A DNA stretch of 60,304 nucleotides, counting the filler, from Nemertoderma westbladi (taxonomy: Eukaryota; Animalia; Xenacoelomorpha), in the NCBI GenBank assembly GCA_032718475.1. It is 3 parts of 3 records of this genome, joined end to end, with 100 filler letters (N's around TTAATTAATTAA, not from the genome) between each part and the next. Parts side by side here need not be neighbours in the genome. Positions count along the whole stretch, not along the records: positions 24,480 to 47,329 come from JAUCBJ010005794.1; positions 47,430 to 60,304 come from JAUCBJ010005310.1; 1 more part is not named here. One strand, 5' to 3'. The notes beneath the pieces were generated by a model. It saw nothing but the letters and a program-made list of their open reading frames with translations. It was not told where the DNA came from and searched no databases. The position numbers and the translations under genes are program-made. The first letter of the stretch is position 1, and each line of letters starts with the position of its first letter. Below are positions 37,331 to 51,000 of the stretch, one piece after another.

Positions 37331-40300
37331 GGAAAAAGAGTGGAAGTGTTTACTGTGGAAGATCACCCATGGTGGTGAACAGGCATTCCTTTAGGAAACA
37401 GAGTGGTAGGGTTTACTGTGGAAGATCACCCATGGTGGTGAACAGGCATTCCTTTAGGAAACAGAATGGAAGGGTTTACTGTGGAAGATCACCCATGGTG
37501 GTGAACATGCATTCCTTTGGTAAACAGAGTGGTAGGGTTTACTGTGGAAGATTACCCCTGGTGGTGAACAGGCATTCCTTTAGGAAACATAGTGGAAGGG
37601 TTTACTGTGGAAGATCACCCATGGTGGTGAACAGCCATTCCTTTAGAAAACAGAGTGGTAGGGTTTACTGTGGAAGATTACCCCTGGTGGTGAACAGGCA
37701 TTCCTTTAGGAAACATAGTGGAATGGTTTACTGTGGAAGATCACCCATGGTGGTGAACAGACATTCCTTTAGGAAACAGAATGGAAGGGTTTACTGTGGA
37801 AGATCACCCATGGTGGTGAACATGCATTCCTTTGGTAAACAGAGTGGTAGGGTTTACTGTGGAAGATTACCCCTGGTGGTGAACAGGCATTCCTTTAGGA
37901 AACAGAGTGAAAGGGTTTACTGTGGAAGATCACCCATGGTGGTGAACAGGCATTCCTTTAGGAAACAGAATGGAAGGGTTTACTGTGGAAGATCACCCAT
38001 GGTGGTGAACAGACATTCCTTTAGGAAACAGAATGGAAGGGTTTACTGTGGAAGATCACCCATGGTGGTGAACATGCATTCCTTTGGTAAACAGAGTGGT
38101 AGGGTTTACTGTGGAAGATTACCCCTGGTGGTGAACATGCATTCCTTTGGTAAACAGAGTGGTAGGGTTTACTGTGGAAGATTACCCCTGGTGGTGAACA
38201 GGCATTCCTTTAGGAAACAGAGTGAAAGGGTTTACTGTGGAAGATCACCCATGGTGGTGAACAGGCATTCCTTTAGGAAACAGAATGGAAGGGTTTACTG
38301 TGGAAGATCACCCATGGTGGTGAACAGACATTCCTTTAGGAAACAGAATGGAAGGGTTTACTGTGGAAGATCACCCATGGTGGTGAACATGCATTCCTTT
38401 GGTAAACAGAGTGGTAGGGTTTACTGTGGAAGATTACCCCTGGTGGTGAACAGGCATTCCTTTAGGAAACAGAGTGGTAGGGTTTACTGTGGAAGATCAC
38501 CCATGGTGGTGAACAGGCATTCCTTTAGGAAACAGAATGGAAGGGTTTACTGTGGAAGATCACCCATGGTGGTGAACATGCATTCCTTTGGTAAACAGAG
38601 TGGTAGGGTTTACTGTGGAAGATTACCCCTGGTGGTGAACAGGCATTCCTTTAGGAAACAGAGTGAAAGGGTTTACTGTGGAAGATCACCCATGGTGGTG
38701 AACAGGCATTCCTTTAGGAAACAGAATGGAAGGGTTTACTGTGGAAGATCACCCATGGTGGTGAACAGACATTCCTTTAGGAAACAGAATGGAAGGGTTT
38801 ACTGTGGAAGATCACCCATGGTGGTGAACATGCATTCCTTTGGTAAACAGAGTGGTAGGGTTTACTGTGGAAGATTACCCCTGGTGGTGAACAGGCATTC
38901 CTTTAGGAAACAGAGTGGAATGGTTTACTGTGGAAGATCACCCATGGTGGTGAACAGGCATTCCTTTAGGAAACAGAATGGAAGGGTTTACTGTGGAAGA
39001 TCACCCATGGTGGTGAACAGGCATTCCTTTAGGAAACAGAGTGGACTAGTTTACTGTGGAAGATCACCCATGGTGGTGAACATGCATTCCTTTGGTAAAC
39101 AGAGTGGAATGGTTTACTGTGGAAGATTACCCATGGTGGTGAACAGGCATTCCTTTAGGAAACAGAGTGGAATGGTTTAATGTGGAAGATCACCCATGGT
39201 GGTGAACAGGCATTCCTTTAGGAAACAGAGTGGAATGGTGTACTGTGGAAGATCACCCATGGTGGTGAACAGACATTCCTTTAGGAAAGAGAATGGAAGG
39301 GTTTACTGTGGAAGATCACCCATGGTGGTGAACATGCATTCCTTTGGTAAACAGAGTGGAAGGGTTTACTGTGGAAGATTACCCATGGTGGTGAACAGGC
39401 ATTCCTTTAGGAAACAGAGTGGAGTGGTTTACTGTGGAAGATCACCCATGGTGGTGAACAGGCATTCCTTTGGTAAACAGAGTGGTAGGGTTTACTGTGG
39501 AAGATTACCCCTGGTGGTGAACAGGCATTCCTTTAGGAAACAGAGTGAAAGGGTTTACTGTGGAAGATCACCCATGGTGGTGAACAGGCATTCCTTTAGG
39601 AAACAGAATGGAAGGGTTTACTGTGGAAGATCACCCATGGTGGTGAACAGACATTCCTTTAGGAAACAGAATGGAAGGGTTTACTGTGGAAGATCACCTA
39701 TAGTGGTGAACAGGCTTTCCTTTAGGAAACAGAGTGGTAGGGTTTATTGTGGAAGATCACCCATGGTGGTGAACAGCCATTCCTTTAGGAAACAGAATGG
39801 AAGGGTTTACTGTGGAAGATCACCCATGGTGGTGAACAGACATTCCTTTAGGAAACAGAATGGAAGGGTTTACTGTGGAAGATCACCCATGGTGGTGAAC
39901 AGGCATTCCTTTAGGAAACAGAGTGGACTAGTTTACTGTGGAAGATCACCCATGGTGGTGAACATGCATTCCTTTGGTAAACAGAGTGGAATGGTTTACT
40001 GTGGAAGATTACCCATGGTGGTGAACAGGCATTCCTTTAGGAAACAGAGTGGAATGGTTTAATGTGGAAGATCACCCATGGTGGTGAACAGGCATTCCTT
40101 TAGGAAACAGAGTGGAATGGTGTACTGTGGAAGATCACCCATGGTGGTGAACAGACATTCCTTTAGGAAAGAGAATGGAAGGGTTTACTGTGGAAGATCA
40201 CCCATGGTGGTGAACATGCATTCCTTTGGTAAACAGAGTGGAAGGGTTTACTGTGGAAGATTACCCATGGTGGTGAACAGGCATTCCTTTAGGAAACAGA

Positions 40301-41490
40301 GTGGAGTGGTTTACTGTGGAAGATCACCCATGGTGGTGAACAGGCATTCCTTTAGGAAACAGAGTGGAATGGTTTACTGTGGAAGATCACCCATGGCGGT
40401 GAACAGGCATTCCTTTAGGAAACAGAATGGAGGGGTTTACTGTGGAAGATCACCCATGGTGGTGGGCAGGCATTCCTTTAGGAAACCAGAGTGGAAGGGT
40501 TTACTGTGGAAGATCACCCATGGTGGTGAACAGGCATTCCTTTAAGAAACAGAATGGAAGGGTTTACTGTGGAAGATCACCTATAGTGGTGAACAGGCTT
40601 TCCTTTAGGAAACAGAGTGGTAGGGTTTATTGTGGAAGATCACCCATGGTGGTGAACAGCCATTCCTTTAGGAAACAGAGTGGAATGGTTTACTGTGGAA
40701 GATCACCCATGGTGGTGAACAGGCATTCCTTTAGGAAACAGAATGGAGGGGTTTACTGTGGAAAATCACCCATGGTGGTGGGCAGGCATTCCTTTAGGAA
40801 ACCAGAGTGGAAGGGTTTACTGTGGAAGATCACCCATGGTGGTGAACAGGCATTCCTTTAAGAAACAGAATGGAAGGGTTTACTGTGGAAGATCACCTAT
40901 AGTGGTGAACAGGCTTTCCTTTAGGAAACAGAGTGGTAGGGTTTATTGTGGAAGATCACCCATGGTGGTGAACAGGCATTCCTTTAGGAAACAGAGTGGA
41001 ATGGTTTACTGTGGAAGATCACCCATGGCGGTGAACAGGCATTCCTTTAGGAAACAGAATGGAGGGGTTTACTGTGGAAGATCACCCATGGTGGTGGCAG
41101 GCATTCCTTTAAGAAACAGAATGGAAGGGTTTACTGTGGAAGATCACCTATAGTGGTGAACAGGCTTTCCTTTAGGAAACAGAGTGGTAGGGTTTATTGT
41201 GGAAGATCACCCATGGTGGTGAACAGGCATTCCTTTAGGAAACAGAGTGGAAGGGTTTACTGTGGAAGATTATCCATGGTGGTGAACAGTCATTCCTTTA
41301 GGAAACAGAGTGGAAGGGTTTACTGTGGAAGATCACCCATGGTGGTGAACAGGCATTCCTTTAGGAAACAGAGTGGAAGGGTTTACTGTGGAAGATTATC
41401 CATGGTGGTGAACAGTCATTCCTTTAGGAAACAGAGTGGACGGGTTTACTGTGGAAGATCACCCATGGTGGTGGACAGGCATTCCTTGGC
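37331..41490 (+). repeat. 63-bp tandem satellite (about 66 copies) amplified inside a SINE copy
   Basis: Unit GGAAACAGAGTGGAAGGGTTTACTGTGGAAGATCACCCATGGTGGTGAACAGGCATTCCTTTA. Preceded (37272-37330) and followed (about 41490-41520) by sequence matching the SINE at 16181-16450. Confidence 0.95.
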
Positions 41491-41617
41491 TTGAGCCTAA
41501 AATATTATCACATTCAATAAGTTAGGTTGTTAGTAATTTTGGATTAATGTGGCATGTTAAAAGTTTGTTATTAAATGTTTGGTTAATCGTGAAACGATTT
41601 GCTTTTGAGGTACTTTG

Positions 41618-43012
41618 TAGTGTTGAGAACTGAATCAATTTTGACTAATTTCAGTTACAGTTACAGTTTCAGTATTCAAAGTTTTGCATTTCAGTTACAG
41701 TTACAGTTTCAGTATTACAAAGTGTAACATTTCAGTTACAGTTACAGTTTCAGTATTACAATATTGAGCATTTCAGTTTCAGTTACAGTTTCAGTTATAG
41801 ATTCAATATATATGATCTCACGTAGTAAGCAGTCATCTGAAACTAAAAATGAGGCACTTTAATATATTACTGTTATATACGCTAATATTAATGTTCATTA
41901 CGAAACGTCCTCTTTCTAGAGAGGTAGTTGTTGTAGGAAAGTTGGACTCACGCTATGGTAATATTTTGTAACTAATATACTGATAGTATGTAATGAAAGT
42001 GGCACGTCACAAGATCACACTAAAGGCACCCACATTTTACTGTACATCTTGTTTCAGTGCTTGTACAGTACTGTTATCATTTATTGTTTTGGTTATAAAA
42101 GCCATGCTTCTGAATCCTGCTCATTTTCCTTAATTCGTAATTTGTTTTAGTATTCATATATTTATTGTTTTGGTTAGACCCACCTCGATAAGCTGCTCCT
42201 TTCACTTTTAAGTTTAATTTTGTAATTTATAATGGTAAACTTGATCAAAATTTATTTTCCAGTGTGCCTCTAGTGTGATTGTGATATTAATAGTACCGGT
42301 AAAAACATTAATAATTCATAATGTAAAATATATATCCGTTAATATCCCTCTATCATTAGGCCTAACTTTTCTTTGTTTATCTAAAACATTTACATTTAAT
42401 ATGAAGCAAAAGTGGTGATAAGGCTGATAATAGTCTAATAGTTGAGACAGATAAACATAGACTTTATGCTACTGTAGATCTTCGTTCACTAACTTGATTC
42501 GCCAAATAAATCACATTTGAGCTACGTGGACAATAGGTCTTTTTGACCATTGACTTCTTTATTCCAACATATGGAGCTTAGTAAAAAAAGTAAAAATAAA
42601 TAAAAAAATAAATAAAAAAAGACCTAGTTTACTAATAGGTCTTTTTTTATTGTGTAATATGATGGTTTTGTTCAGAAGTGGAAAAAATGAGATTGTTTTT
42701 TATAACAATGTTTTAAAAATGATACCTATGGTAACCACTGTTATTCATTTAATAAACTATACTCTATACTATTACAATACTGTTTTAAATGCTTATTTAT
42801 ATTAATTGTGTGATTGAGAACTGAATCGGATTTTGTTAATTTCAGTTTCAGTTACAGTATTCAAAATTCGTAATTACAGTTTCAGTTACAGTTACAGTAT
42901 TCAAAATTCGCAATTACAGTTACAGTTATAGTTACAGTATCAAAAAAATCATCAAAATCATTCAGTTACAGTTGCAGTTACAGTATAATTACAGTTACAG
43001 TTCTCAACACTA
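41618..43012. mobile_element. Non-autonomous hAT-type element
   Basis: 15-bp TIR TAGTGTTGAGAACTG/CAGTTCTCAACACTA, 8-bp TSD GTACTTTG and subterminal CAGTTA repeats. Confidence 0.88.
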
Positions 43013-44149
43013 GTACTTTGTAAACATTAATAAAAATATCGGTAATAATAATACCGATTATACTGTTACTCTACTAAGACTATGATTATATTTATTAGTA
43101 TATTTGTTTCATTTAATTATACTGTTTACTATTTTATTCTCTCCCAACCCTAGGGGAATATTTTACTGTATCCATCCATTTACCCCATGGTGTGTATACT
43201 GTATATAATAATATTATTATAATAATTCCGATTTCGCTTACATTTTCGGAGAACCCACAAAATCACAAAATAGATTCTTTCTATAAATATTGTATTTTTA
43301 TTATCCATCGCCATGTCAATGTTTTTATTGGCTTTACTACAACTTACTATCAACTTTTAACGTAATTATTATTCATTGTAATTCAATTTATAACTAATTA
43401 GATTTATCGTAGTCGTTTACCATTCGAATAATTAAAAGTTAATGTGTTTTATATAAAGTCCCAGTTTATTTATTGTACAACTAGGCCCAACTGCTACTAC
43501 TGTATAGGCCTACTATTTATGGTGGTTATGGTTTAATATAAACATCATTTTACAAAAGAACCATGTGAATGAATATATCTGCTTGTTTATATTATATTAT
43601 TTATCAAATTGTAATATTACTAGACCAAAAACTGCGAAATTTCCAATAAGATTCTAACTGCAGTACAATTTATTGAGCAAAATGTTTAGTTAATTATCTA
43701 TTAAGTTGTAACGAACCGCGATATTTTGTCTGCGGTGAGTTTATTTCAGCTACTACATGAATGAGCGCCGAGTGGCGACAGAAATATAAACTCTTCCGAC
43801 CTCAATCGCGACAGGTCCGTTCTAAACCGTCTACATGTCCATTGTCCACTATAGTTGGTTAATTAAATATTAACTACGGTATATAATGACGTCATTGTTC
43901 ATAAAATACCACTTTAAAGCTTTACGAATTAACGTTTGTGAATAATATTGATAATTAATTATTTTGTTCCGATGTGTAGGATATTAGGATATTGGATAAG
44001 GGATACTTGGTAATGTTTTTGATAAATGCATGCATTCAAATACGTGTGTTATATGACTTACTGAATAATAATCCAAAATTAAATTGCATTAAATTAATTA
44101 CATAAAGTTGTTGAGTAACTAATGATATTCAAAAAACAGAAAAACCAGA

Positions 44150-44386
44150 TAGGGAGGGGGAGGTGGACTTTCTTCGCAATAAAAATTCGGACCTCTCCAG
44201 TGGAAAATCGACGCAAATAACAGCTGCTTATTCCCAAAAATTAAAATGTAACTTGATCTCTTGACTTTTATTTATTGTTTTGTTTGGTTAGAATATTTAA
44301 CGTGTCACACTGTGAGTTGCTCCTGTGACCTGACGGGATATTAATTCGCCGATATGGGATTTGCGTCAAGTCCCCTCCCCTCCCTG
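44150..44386. repeat. Dispersed ~250-bp repeat, same family as 8306-8555
   Basis: Shared internal blocks and AGGGAGGGG.../...CCCCTCCCT inverted ends. Confidence 0.6.
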
Positions 44387-45170
44387 CCTCCAGAAAAAGC
44401 ACTTTCAGTCACTAGTTTCCAGGTTTTACCGAAATGCCAGCGAGTTAAATAAAACAGTAAAAAGAGAAACACATACTGCAGTACTGCTCCAGTCCACTAT
44501 TAATTATAGCGGGCACTAGGGCAGTTTTAATATTTTCAACTTATGCTATTGAACCTGTCTAATCAGTCTATCTCATATATTTTGGTATAAATTGGGGGTT
44601 GGTTCTTGGTTGAACTGGTAATGCAACTGTAAAAACAATATTTTAATATAATTTTGTTCAGACATGGAAAAAAAGGGGGACGGGGACTTGTAACGTAACT
44701 ATTTAGCTATTAGAGCTTCAAACCCTTCAGTTTTGTTTCTTCGTTAATTAATTTAATTTTAATTATTAATTTTACGGCAATTCTCGGTAAATTTAAAACT
44801 GCTTCATTAAATTCGGAATCTGCAAAATAACCAACCAATAAAAAGGTTCTTCCAATTACGGAGGCGGTAAATTTGAATAGGTTTATACGCCAAGTTTACT
44901 GTGTGGTGTACCGGCACACTGTACAAATCAATCATACTATCATACCACAGTACCATGGCATATCTAAAGGTACCGGTTCCTATATCCTTACATTACAAGT
45001 CTCCATGAAGTATCATAAAATATATTTAGTATTATTTGCCGGATTGTAGTAATTGAAGTAGTGCTGTAGTAAAGGATAGCTCAGAAAGCCGAAACGCAGA
45101 GTATCCTATATATATACCGGTAGTAAAAAATATCGGTGTTTCATACTGTCATATAGCCTATATATTTTAA

Positions 45171-46208
45171 ATGATTTGTAGTCGGTTTATAAGGAATTAT
45201 TCTACCGGTACGGCAATGAAAGCGATTCGTGTGTCACAATCAGGCGGACCAGATGTATTAGTTCACCATGACAACGCACCCATACCTGAACCCAAAGACG
45301 ACCAACTCCTCATTAAACTCGCTTACGCCGGGGTCAACCCGGTGGATACGTACTTGCGACAGGGCGGACGGGGGTACAACCCGCCCTGTCTGCCATACAC
45401 GCCAGGCAAGGACGGGGCGGGGGTAGTAGCTGCGGTAGGCGCGAGTGTTACTGGATACACACAAGGAGACCGGGTGTACGTCTATTGGGGGGAAGTAGCC
45501 AACGGTACATATGCCCAGTACACAGTGTCGTCCCCACAGGGGGTGGGACATCTACCTAAATCAGTTAGCTACGAACTGGGCGCCGCGGTTGGGCTGTCTT
45601 ACTTCACCGCGTACCGCGCTCTAGTCGCTAAAGCGGCCACGAAATCTGGTGAAACTGTGTTGGTTCACGGCGCCAGTGGCGGTGTAGGAACGGCGGCGGT
45701 GCAGATAGCTAGGTCGTTAGGTTGCACCGTTGTAGCCACCGCTGGTACGGTAGAGGGTGAGTCTGTAGTCAGGGGGTGCGGCGCTCACTACGTCTACAAC
45801 CACAGAGAGAGTAACTACGAGCGTAAACTGTTGGAAGAATTCCCTTCCGGGTTCGATGTTGTTGTAGAATTCGCCGGGGATCGTAATTTAGTTCGGGACG
45901 TCGCGTTGGTTGGGTCGAACGGACGGATTGTGGTGGTTGGGTCCCGCGCGGAGCCGATCGGGTTGGATCCGAGACTGACGTTCCGCACCGAGTGTTCCAT
46001 CATCGGATGCGCGTTGGCGCGCACTACGGACACCGAGAGACGCCGCGCCGCTGCGTACATCGGTAGCGGGCTGGAGTTGGGTTGGTTGCGGCCCGTTGTC
46101 GCCAAGGTTTACCCCTTAGCTAACGCCAAGGACGCCCACGCAGATATAATGGAGCCATCTAGAGGGGCTACTGGGAAGCTGCTACTGAAGATCCAGGAGT
46201 TGCTTTAG
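45171..46208 (+). CDS. CRYZ: Zeta-crystallin/NADPH:quinone oxidoreductase (MDR family), intronless
   Basis: GGPDVL, GVNPVDTY, LPYTPGKDGAG, YFTAYRAL, VLVHGASGGVG, GRIVVVGSR and GATGKLLL. The 15-aa N-terminal extension resembles a mitochondrial presequence. Confidence 0.92.
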   Translation: MICSRFIRNYSTGTAMKAIRVSQSGGPDVLVHHDNAPIPEPKDDQLLIKLAYAGVNPVDTYLRQGGRGYNPPCLPYTPGKDGAGVVAAVGASVTGYTQGDRVYVYWGEVANGTYAQYTVSSPQGVGHLPKSVSYELGAAVGLSYFTAYRALVAKAATKSGETVLVHGASGGVGTAAVQIARSLGCTVVATAGTVEGESVVRGCGAHYVYNHRESNYERKLLEEFPSGFDVVVEFAGDRNLVRDVALVGSNGRIVVVGSRAEPIGLDPRLTFRTECSIIGCALARTTDTERRRAAAYIGSGLELGWLRPVVAKVYPLANAKDAHADIMEPSRGATGKLLLKIQELL

Positions 46209-46775
46209 ATTCGGGTTCATTATAGGTTCATAGCCTCCATTAGGAGTTAATTAAATTATTGTTTCACTCATTGTGATCTATTATTATACAGTAGTTAGTA
46301 CCCGCGCAATTATTTGTAATCAAAGGAAATTGTACACGGTGGCTTCTACAGTATTTGTATCGCTAATAATTCAAATAATAATGGAAGTTCATGAATTGTA
46401 ATCCATTTTTATAGCAAAAATATGTTATAATTATTGTAATATTATTATAATTATTAATGTTTACTTGTGATTGTAAAAGTTAAACGTTTTAGACCTTTTG
46501 ATGTCTGCTGTTTGCTTGCTATACCCACAATCCCGCAGGTCTACTATCCATTAACATGTTTGACGATTAAAGTAAAATTAATTTTCTGCCGTTATTTTGT
46601 AGTAAAACCAATGAATCGAATGATACTTCTATTACTTTATTATACCTCTATTGACTTTCGTTTATTGTTTTTGTTATAATAACGTGCTCTATAAGCTGCT
46701 CCTTTCTGTTATTTATTAATTCACCGATATTAGATTTGCTTCAGTAGACGAAGAGATTAATTTATCTGCTCTAAC

Positions 46776-47270
46776 CTCTACAGGAGTGTCTCCGGTTGAC
46801 CAATAGTAGCTGATATCCAGATTGGTACCTGCCGACGATTTATCAACACTGAACTCGTATTTCTGGGCCGAACGTTTCCGAATTCTCGACTCTTCCATTA
46901 TGTGGGATTGCGTTTCAATCTGATAGAAAAATTAATAAAATAATATGAACCTCCTAATATGAATCTCTATATTCCATCTATTCAATCTTGTAGTAAGGAA
47001 CTTTATACGACGGGCTGGAGTGCTTTATACGGCAGACGAAATTAAATCAGCTATTTGCAGACTAACTATTCAACATGCTATTACTTACAACAACAGGGGC
47101 TTCGGAACAAGACGGGTTGTTAGTTATTAGTAGAGCTGAGAAGGCGTCGTCTAGACCGCTACTGTCTGCGGCGTCGGTTGCGTAGTATACCATTCCGCCC
47201 ATATCTTCTATCATGTCAACGATCTCTTTATCAGCATTGGGACCCAGCAAAATTGCGTTCAATGAAATAC
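46776..47270 (-). CDS. Two internal exons of a CLCA-family (vWA) gene
   Basis: Exons 47089-47270 (ISLNAILLGPNADKEI...GGMVYYATD...GLDDAFSAL) and 46776-46919 (IETQ...FSVDKSSAGTNLDISYYW) are joined by a phase-0 GT-AG intron. They resemble the end of the CLCA vWA domain and the following segment. The donor at 46775 is tentative. Confidence 0.72.
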
Positions 47271-47329
47271 CTAGTGAGATACACAATAACCTAAATATAT
47301 CCCAAATACCTAGTAAGATACACAATAAC

Positions 47330-47429
47330 NNNNNNNNNNNNNNNNNNNNNNNNNNNNNNNNNNNNNNNNNNNNTTAATTAATTAANNNNNNNNNNNNNNN
47401 NNNNNNNNNNNNNNNNNNNNNNNNNNNNN
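47330..47429. other. Artificial contig linker
   Basis: N44-TTAATTAATTAA-N44. Confidence 0.97.
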
Positions 47430-48046
47430 ATGGTGGTAGGACGCGTAGTTCCCACTATATCTCGAATTTATTTCGATTCAACTGCTTCATTATTGTTGCT
47501 CATTCAAAGTCCTGTTTAAATTATGTAAATATTAAATTATTTCCGTTTCTAGCAATATTGCGTAGAAATATTTCTATGATCGGATTTAAGGATGTGAGCC
47601 TTGGAGTGTGTATAATACTCTCCTCTAAATTGATATACAATCGCCTCTTGTTTGTGTGCCAATCTTGTAAAAAGTAATAAGTTGTTAGACTTTGTGTATT
47701 ATTATCCCTGATCTATAGCCCAAAGAAAACTTTACGTTTACTTAGCAAAAGCAACGGTATTTTACACTCCGTCCCGAAGTCAGTAATCTGATCACGGAAC
47801 CACAGAGTAAATTATACAATTGTAAAATATTTCCACATTATTAATATAAATAATTTTACATTTGTGTCCGGATGTATCTGTTGGTAGATTACAGATATGA
47901 GGACATACTGTAGTACAGTAGAAGTGTAACGTAAGCTATCAGCGAACAACTGCAATGATACCAGGATGCAGGACCAACCTCCTCTCGGCTCTAGTATAAT
48001 TAAAACTGATGGCTCATAATTCTGATTCGCCCCACATACGGTACAA

Positions 48047-51000
48047 CTACATCTGTAGACTAATATCTGACTCATTTATAAAACGTTGAGTTCCTCCTGC
48101 CATTAATATTCTCCACAAAGAATTTCTTCCGCTCACTGAAGGCGGGTCTGTAGATCTCCGCTCCATAGTTGAATCGCTCGACCTCCGCACAATCTGTGAA
48201 TCCGTTAATCTTCGCTCTAGAGTTGTTTCGGTTCGATCGATACCTCGTAAAAGAATTCCATCTGAAACAGTATGTCGGCGACTGCGCCGTAGGTTCCGCC
48301 TTCTACGCCATTCCTTAAAGCGGACCGTGGCGTAATACCCTGTCGCTAGGACCCCGTAAGCCGCAGTCGTGAACAGGGCGATCATGCAGGATCTATCGTC
48401 TAGGGCTCGGTAGAAACTGCAAGCGAACACAAATATCGTGAGAACCAGCGGTATTGTCGCGCCAAGCATACCAAGGGGGCTTCTAAACGCGGCGCGCATC
48501 GTAAATAGACGAATTTTAAGCATCACAAAGGCGCAAAGTTGCAGCGAGTAGGAAATACAAGCGGATATCGATGTTATGTTCCATAGAATTACTCCAATTG
48601 TATCGCCATCCGCTACAAAACTCAATATAAGTTTAAGGAAGAAAGTCGAACCGCAACTGGCAACCAGTGCCACCACCGGACAGCCTACGTGTTTGTCTAC
48701 AGCGCTTAACGACTTCCATAGGATACCTTGTTCCCCGACGCTGTATAATAACTGGGTCGCGGTGCAGGTGGCTGCGTTGAGAGCCGTCAAGGAACCTATG
48801 AGCAGCAACCACCCGGCGTTGTTCCCATGGAGACTGTCAGAAAAAGCGGTCTTTATTGCGATGAGGGACGGGAACTCGGATTGTTCGAGTGAAGCCGCCC
48901 CAGGGTATATGGAAGACACTATAAAGGATGTGGTATAGGCTAGAATAGTTACTGTGAACAATGAAACCATGCACGAGTATTTTAAATTTCTCGCGTTACC
49001 TCTTGGTATAGTTTTCTCAGACATGAGAATAATAACTTCAATTCCAATGAAAAATCTCATTGCCGCAGGAAAACCTTCTATAATCTTCGAAAGGCCTTCC
49101 ACATACTCAAAGGGCATTGGACAGCTATCCATACCATTCCAGTCGTATACACCCAATAGCATAGAACTGTTGCCGCAAGTTATGTTTTCAGGGCATTGGT
49201 ATATGCAGGATGTAGTTGTCTCGTCTTCACAAACCATAGCAACATGGCAGTGGTCACCACAAACCCAGACGGAGTAATCGATACCTTTGGAAATCGCAGC
49301 GCAATAGACAACAGTCAGTAACATAACTGTTGCTATGGTAACGCCTACGTGGGTGTTGAGTTTTATTCTGACAGGGAGAGCGTTGAACACAGTGACTAGA
49401 AGCAATGACCCGAACCACCACAGAGGTGCGTATTTTGTTTGGTTTGAATCTGTTGCTTCTTCAATAAAGTAATTTATGGTCGTAGCTATTCCTCCCATCA
49501 GTGAAATAGCCTTCAATATCTCCACCATCGCAACTGCAAACCTAAATGATGGAAGAAAGTTATTAGATAACACCAACACCCTTAGGTACCTTGCGGGGAT
49601 GCTATTAAATAAACAAAATTAAAACTAAACGGGTGAACAGTCGATAACATAGAATGCGAGGTATGACTGGCGGCTTGGTGGAAACAATTAAATTAAAATA
49701 GGTAAAGCAAAAAAACTATGTAATACAATACGGATGAGCAACCGATTAAATTTCTAGTGTGGCTATTGTTACATAGGTGGATACAATTGATTAAATTAAA
49801 ATAAGTAAAAATGAATAAACAATATACAGTATAAACAAAAACTGATGAACAATTGATAAATTGCGAGATGTGGTTGGCTAGTTAGATGCAATTAAAATGA
49901 AATGAAATAAAATAAAAATGAATTAGAATAAAACCAAAGCGGTTGAATAATCGATAAAATTCATCAAATGAGATAAAGTGAATTGAGTTAAATTACAGTT
50001 ACAAGAATAAAAAAGTACAGCAAGTCAACCAGTTGTTGGGGCGAGCCGAGTTAATGGAAGGTACGATAATTTGTTTACAAAGTAAATAAATTCAAAGCAG
50101 AATGCATTACCATAGCGATAGCGGTGGGGTAACTTTGTAGAGGGGAGGGCGGTGTAAGTTAATACCGGCGGTGATTACGAAATTGCTGCTCGCACGTAAC
50201 AGTGTATTTCCGACACTACGCGAAGTGTTCCAGCAGGATAATTATTTATGGGTTGCTGGTCCCCAGGTTCTGGTCACCAGGTTCCGTTTGTGAGGCTTAT
50301 GAGGGGCAGATAGGGTCTTCCGATATTCTTGGAAATTCTCCCGGGGCTTATTAAGTCGTTTGTGGAGGTGCTGCTCGGTTTGGCCGAGGTAGTACTTTTC
50401 ATTTAACTTTAATCAACTATGTACGTACTAATTTTAAAATGTAAATTATTTATTTATAAATTTTCATGTATATAATATATATATAAAATAAATTTGTTTT
50501 ATTTAGAGTCGTGCCTAAAGCCCTGTTCACATCCAACGGTGCGTGAGCGGTAAAATAGTCTGGCGGTATTGAGGCGGTGAGCCAGCGGTACACTACGGGT
50601 TTGAAAAAAAGTGTCTCTGTCGATATTGCACCAGTAACACCGCAGTTATTCTTCAAACATTAGTGATTTATTCCAAATATGTAAAAATATGTGAATTTGG
50701 TTGGGAAATAGCTGAGATATGGGCATTCGAATTTTGCATGTATTTGCTTCCGCTGCAGGCCATTTATTCTATTAATAAATACACAATGTTCTAGAATATT
50801 TTGTTTATCTCATAAGTAGCTTGGTAACAATGCAATGCCTACATGATAATACTAGTATATGGATATTCATACACAATCAAAATGTTCTAGAACATTGTGT
50901 ATTTATTTAATAGAATAAATGATGGCCTGTAGTGGAAACTAATGCATGCAAAATTCGAATGCCCGTATCTCAGCTATTTCCCAACCAAATTCAAATATTT

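Noticed and set aside
37369-41494. Long repetitive ORFs (603, 288, 155 aa) of MVVNRHSFRKQSGRVYCGRSP
   Set aside because: The unit is 63 nt (21 codons), comes from a non-coding SINE, and carries stops and frameshifts. The open frame is a by-product of the repeat.
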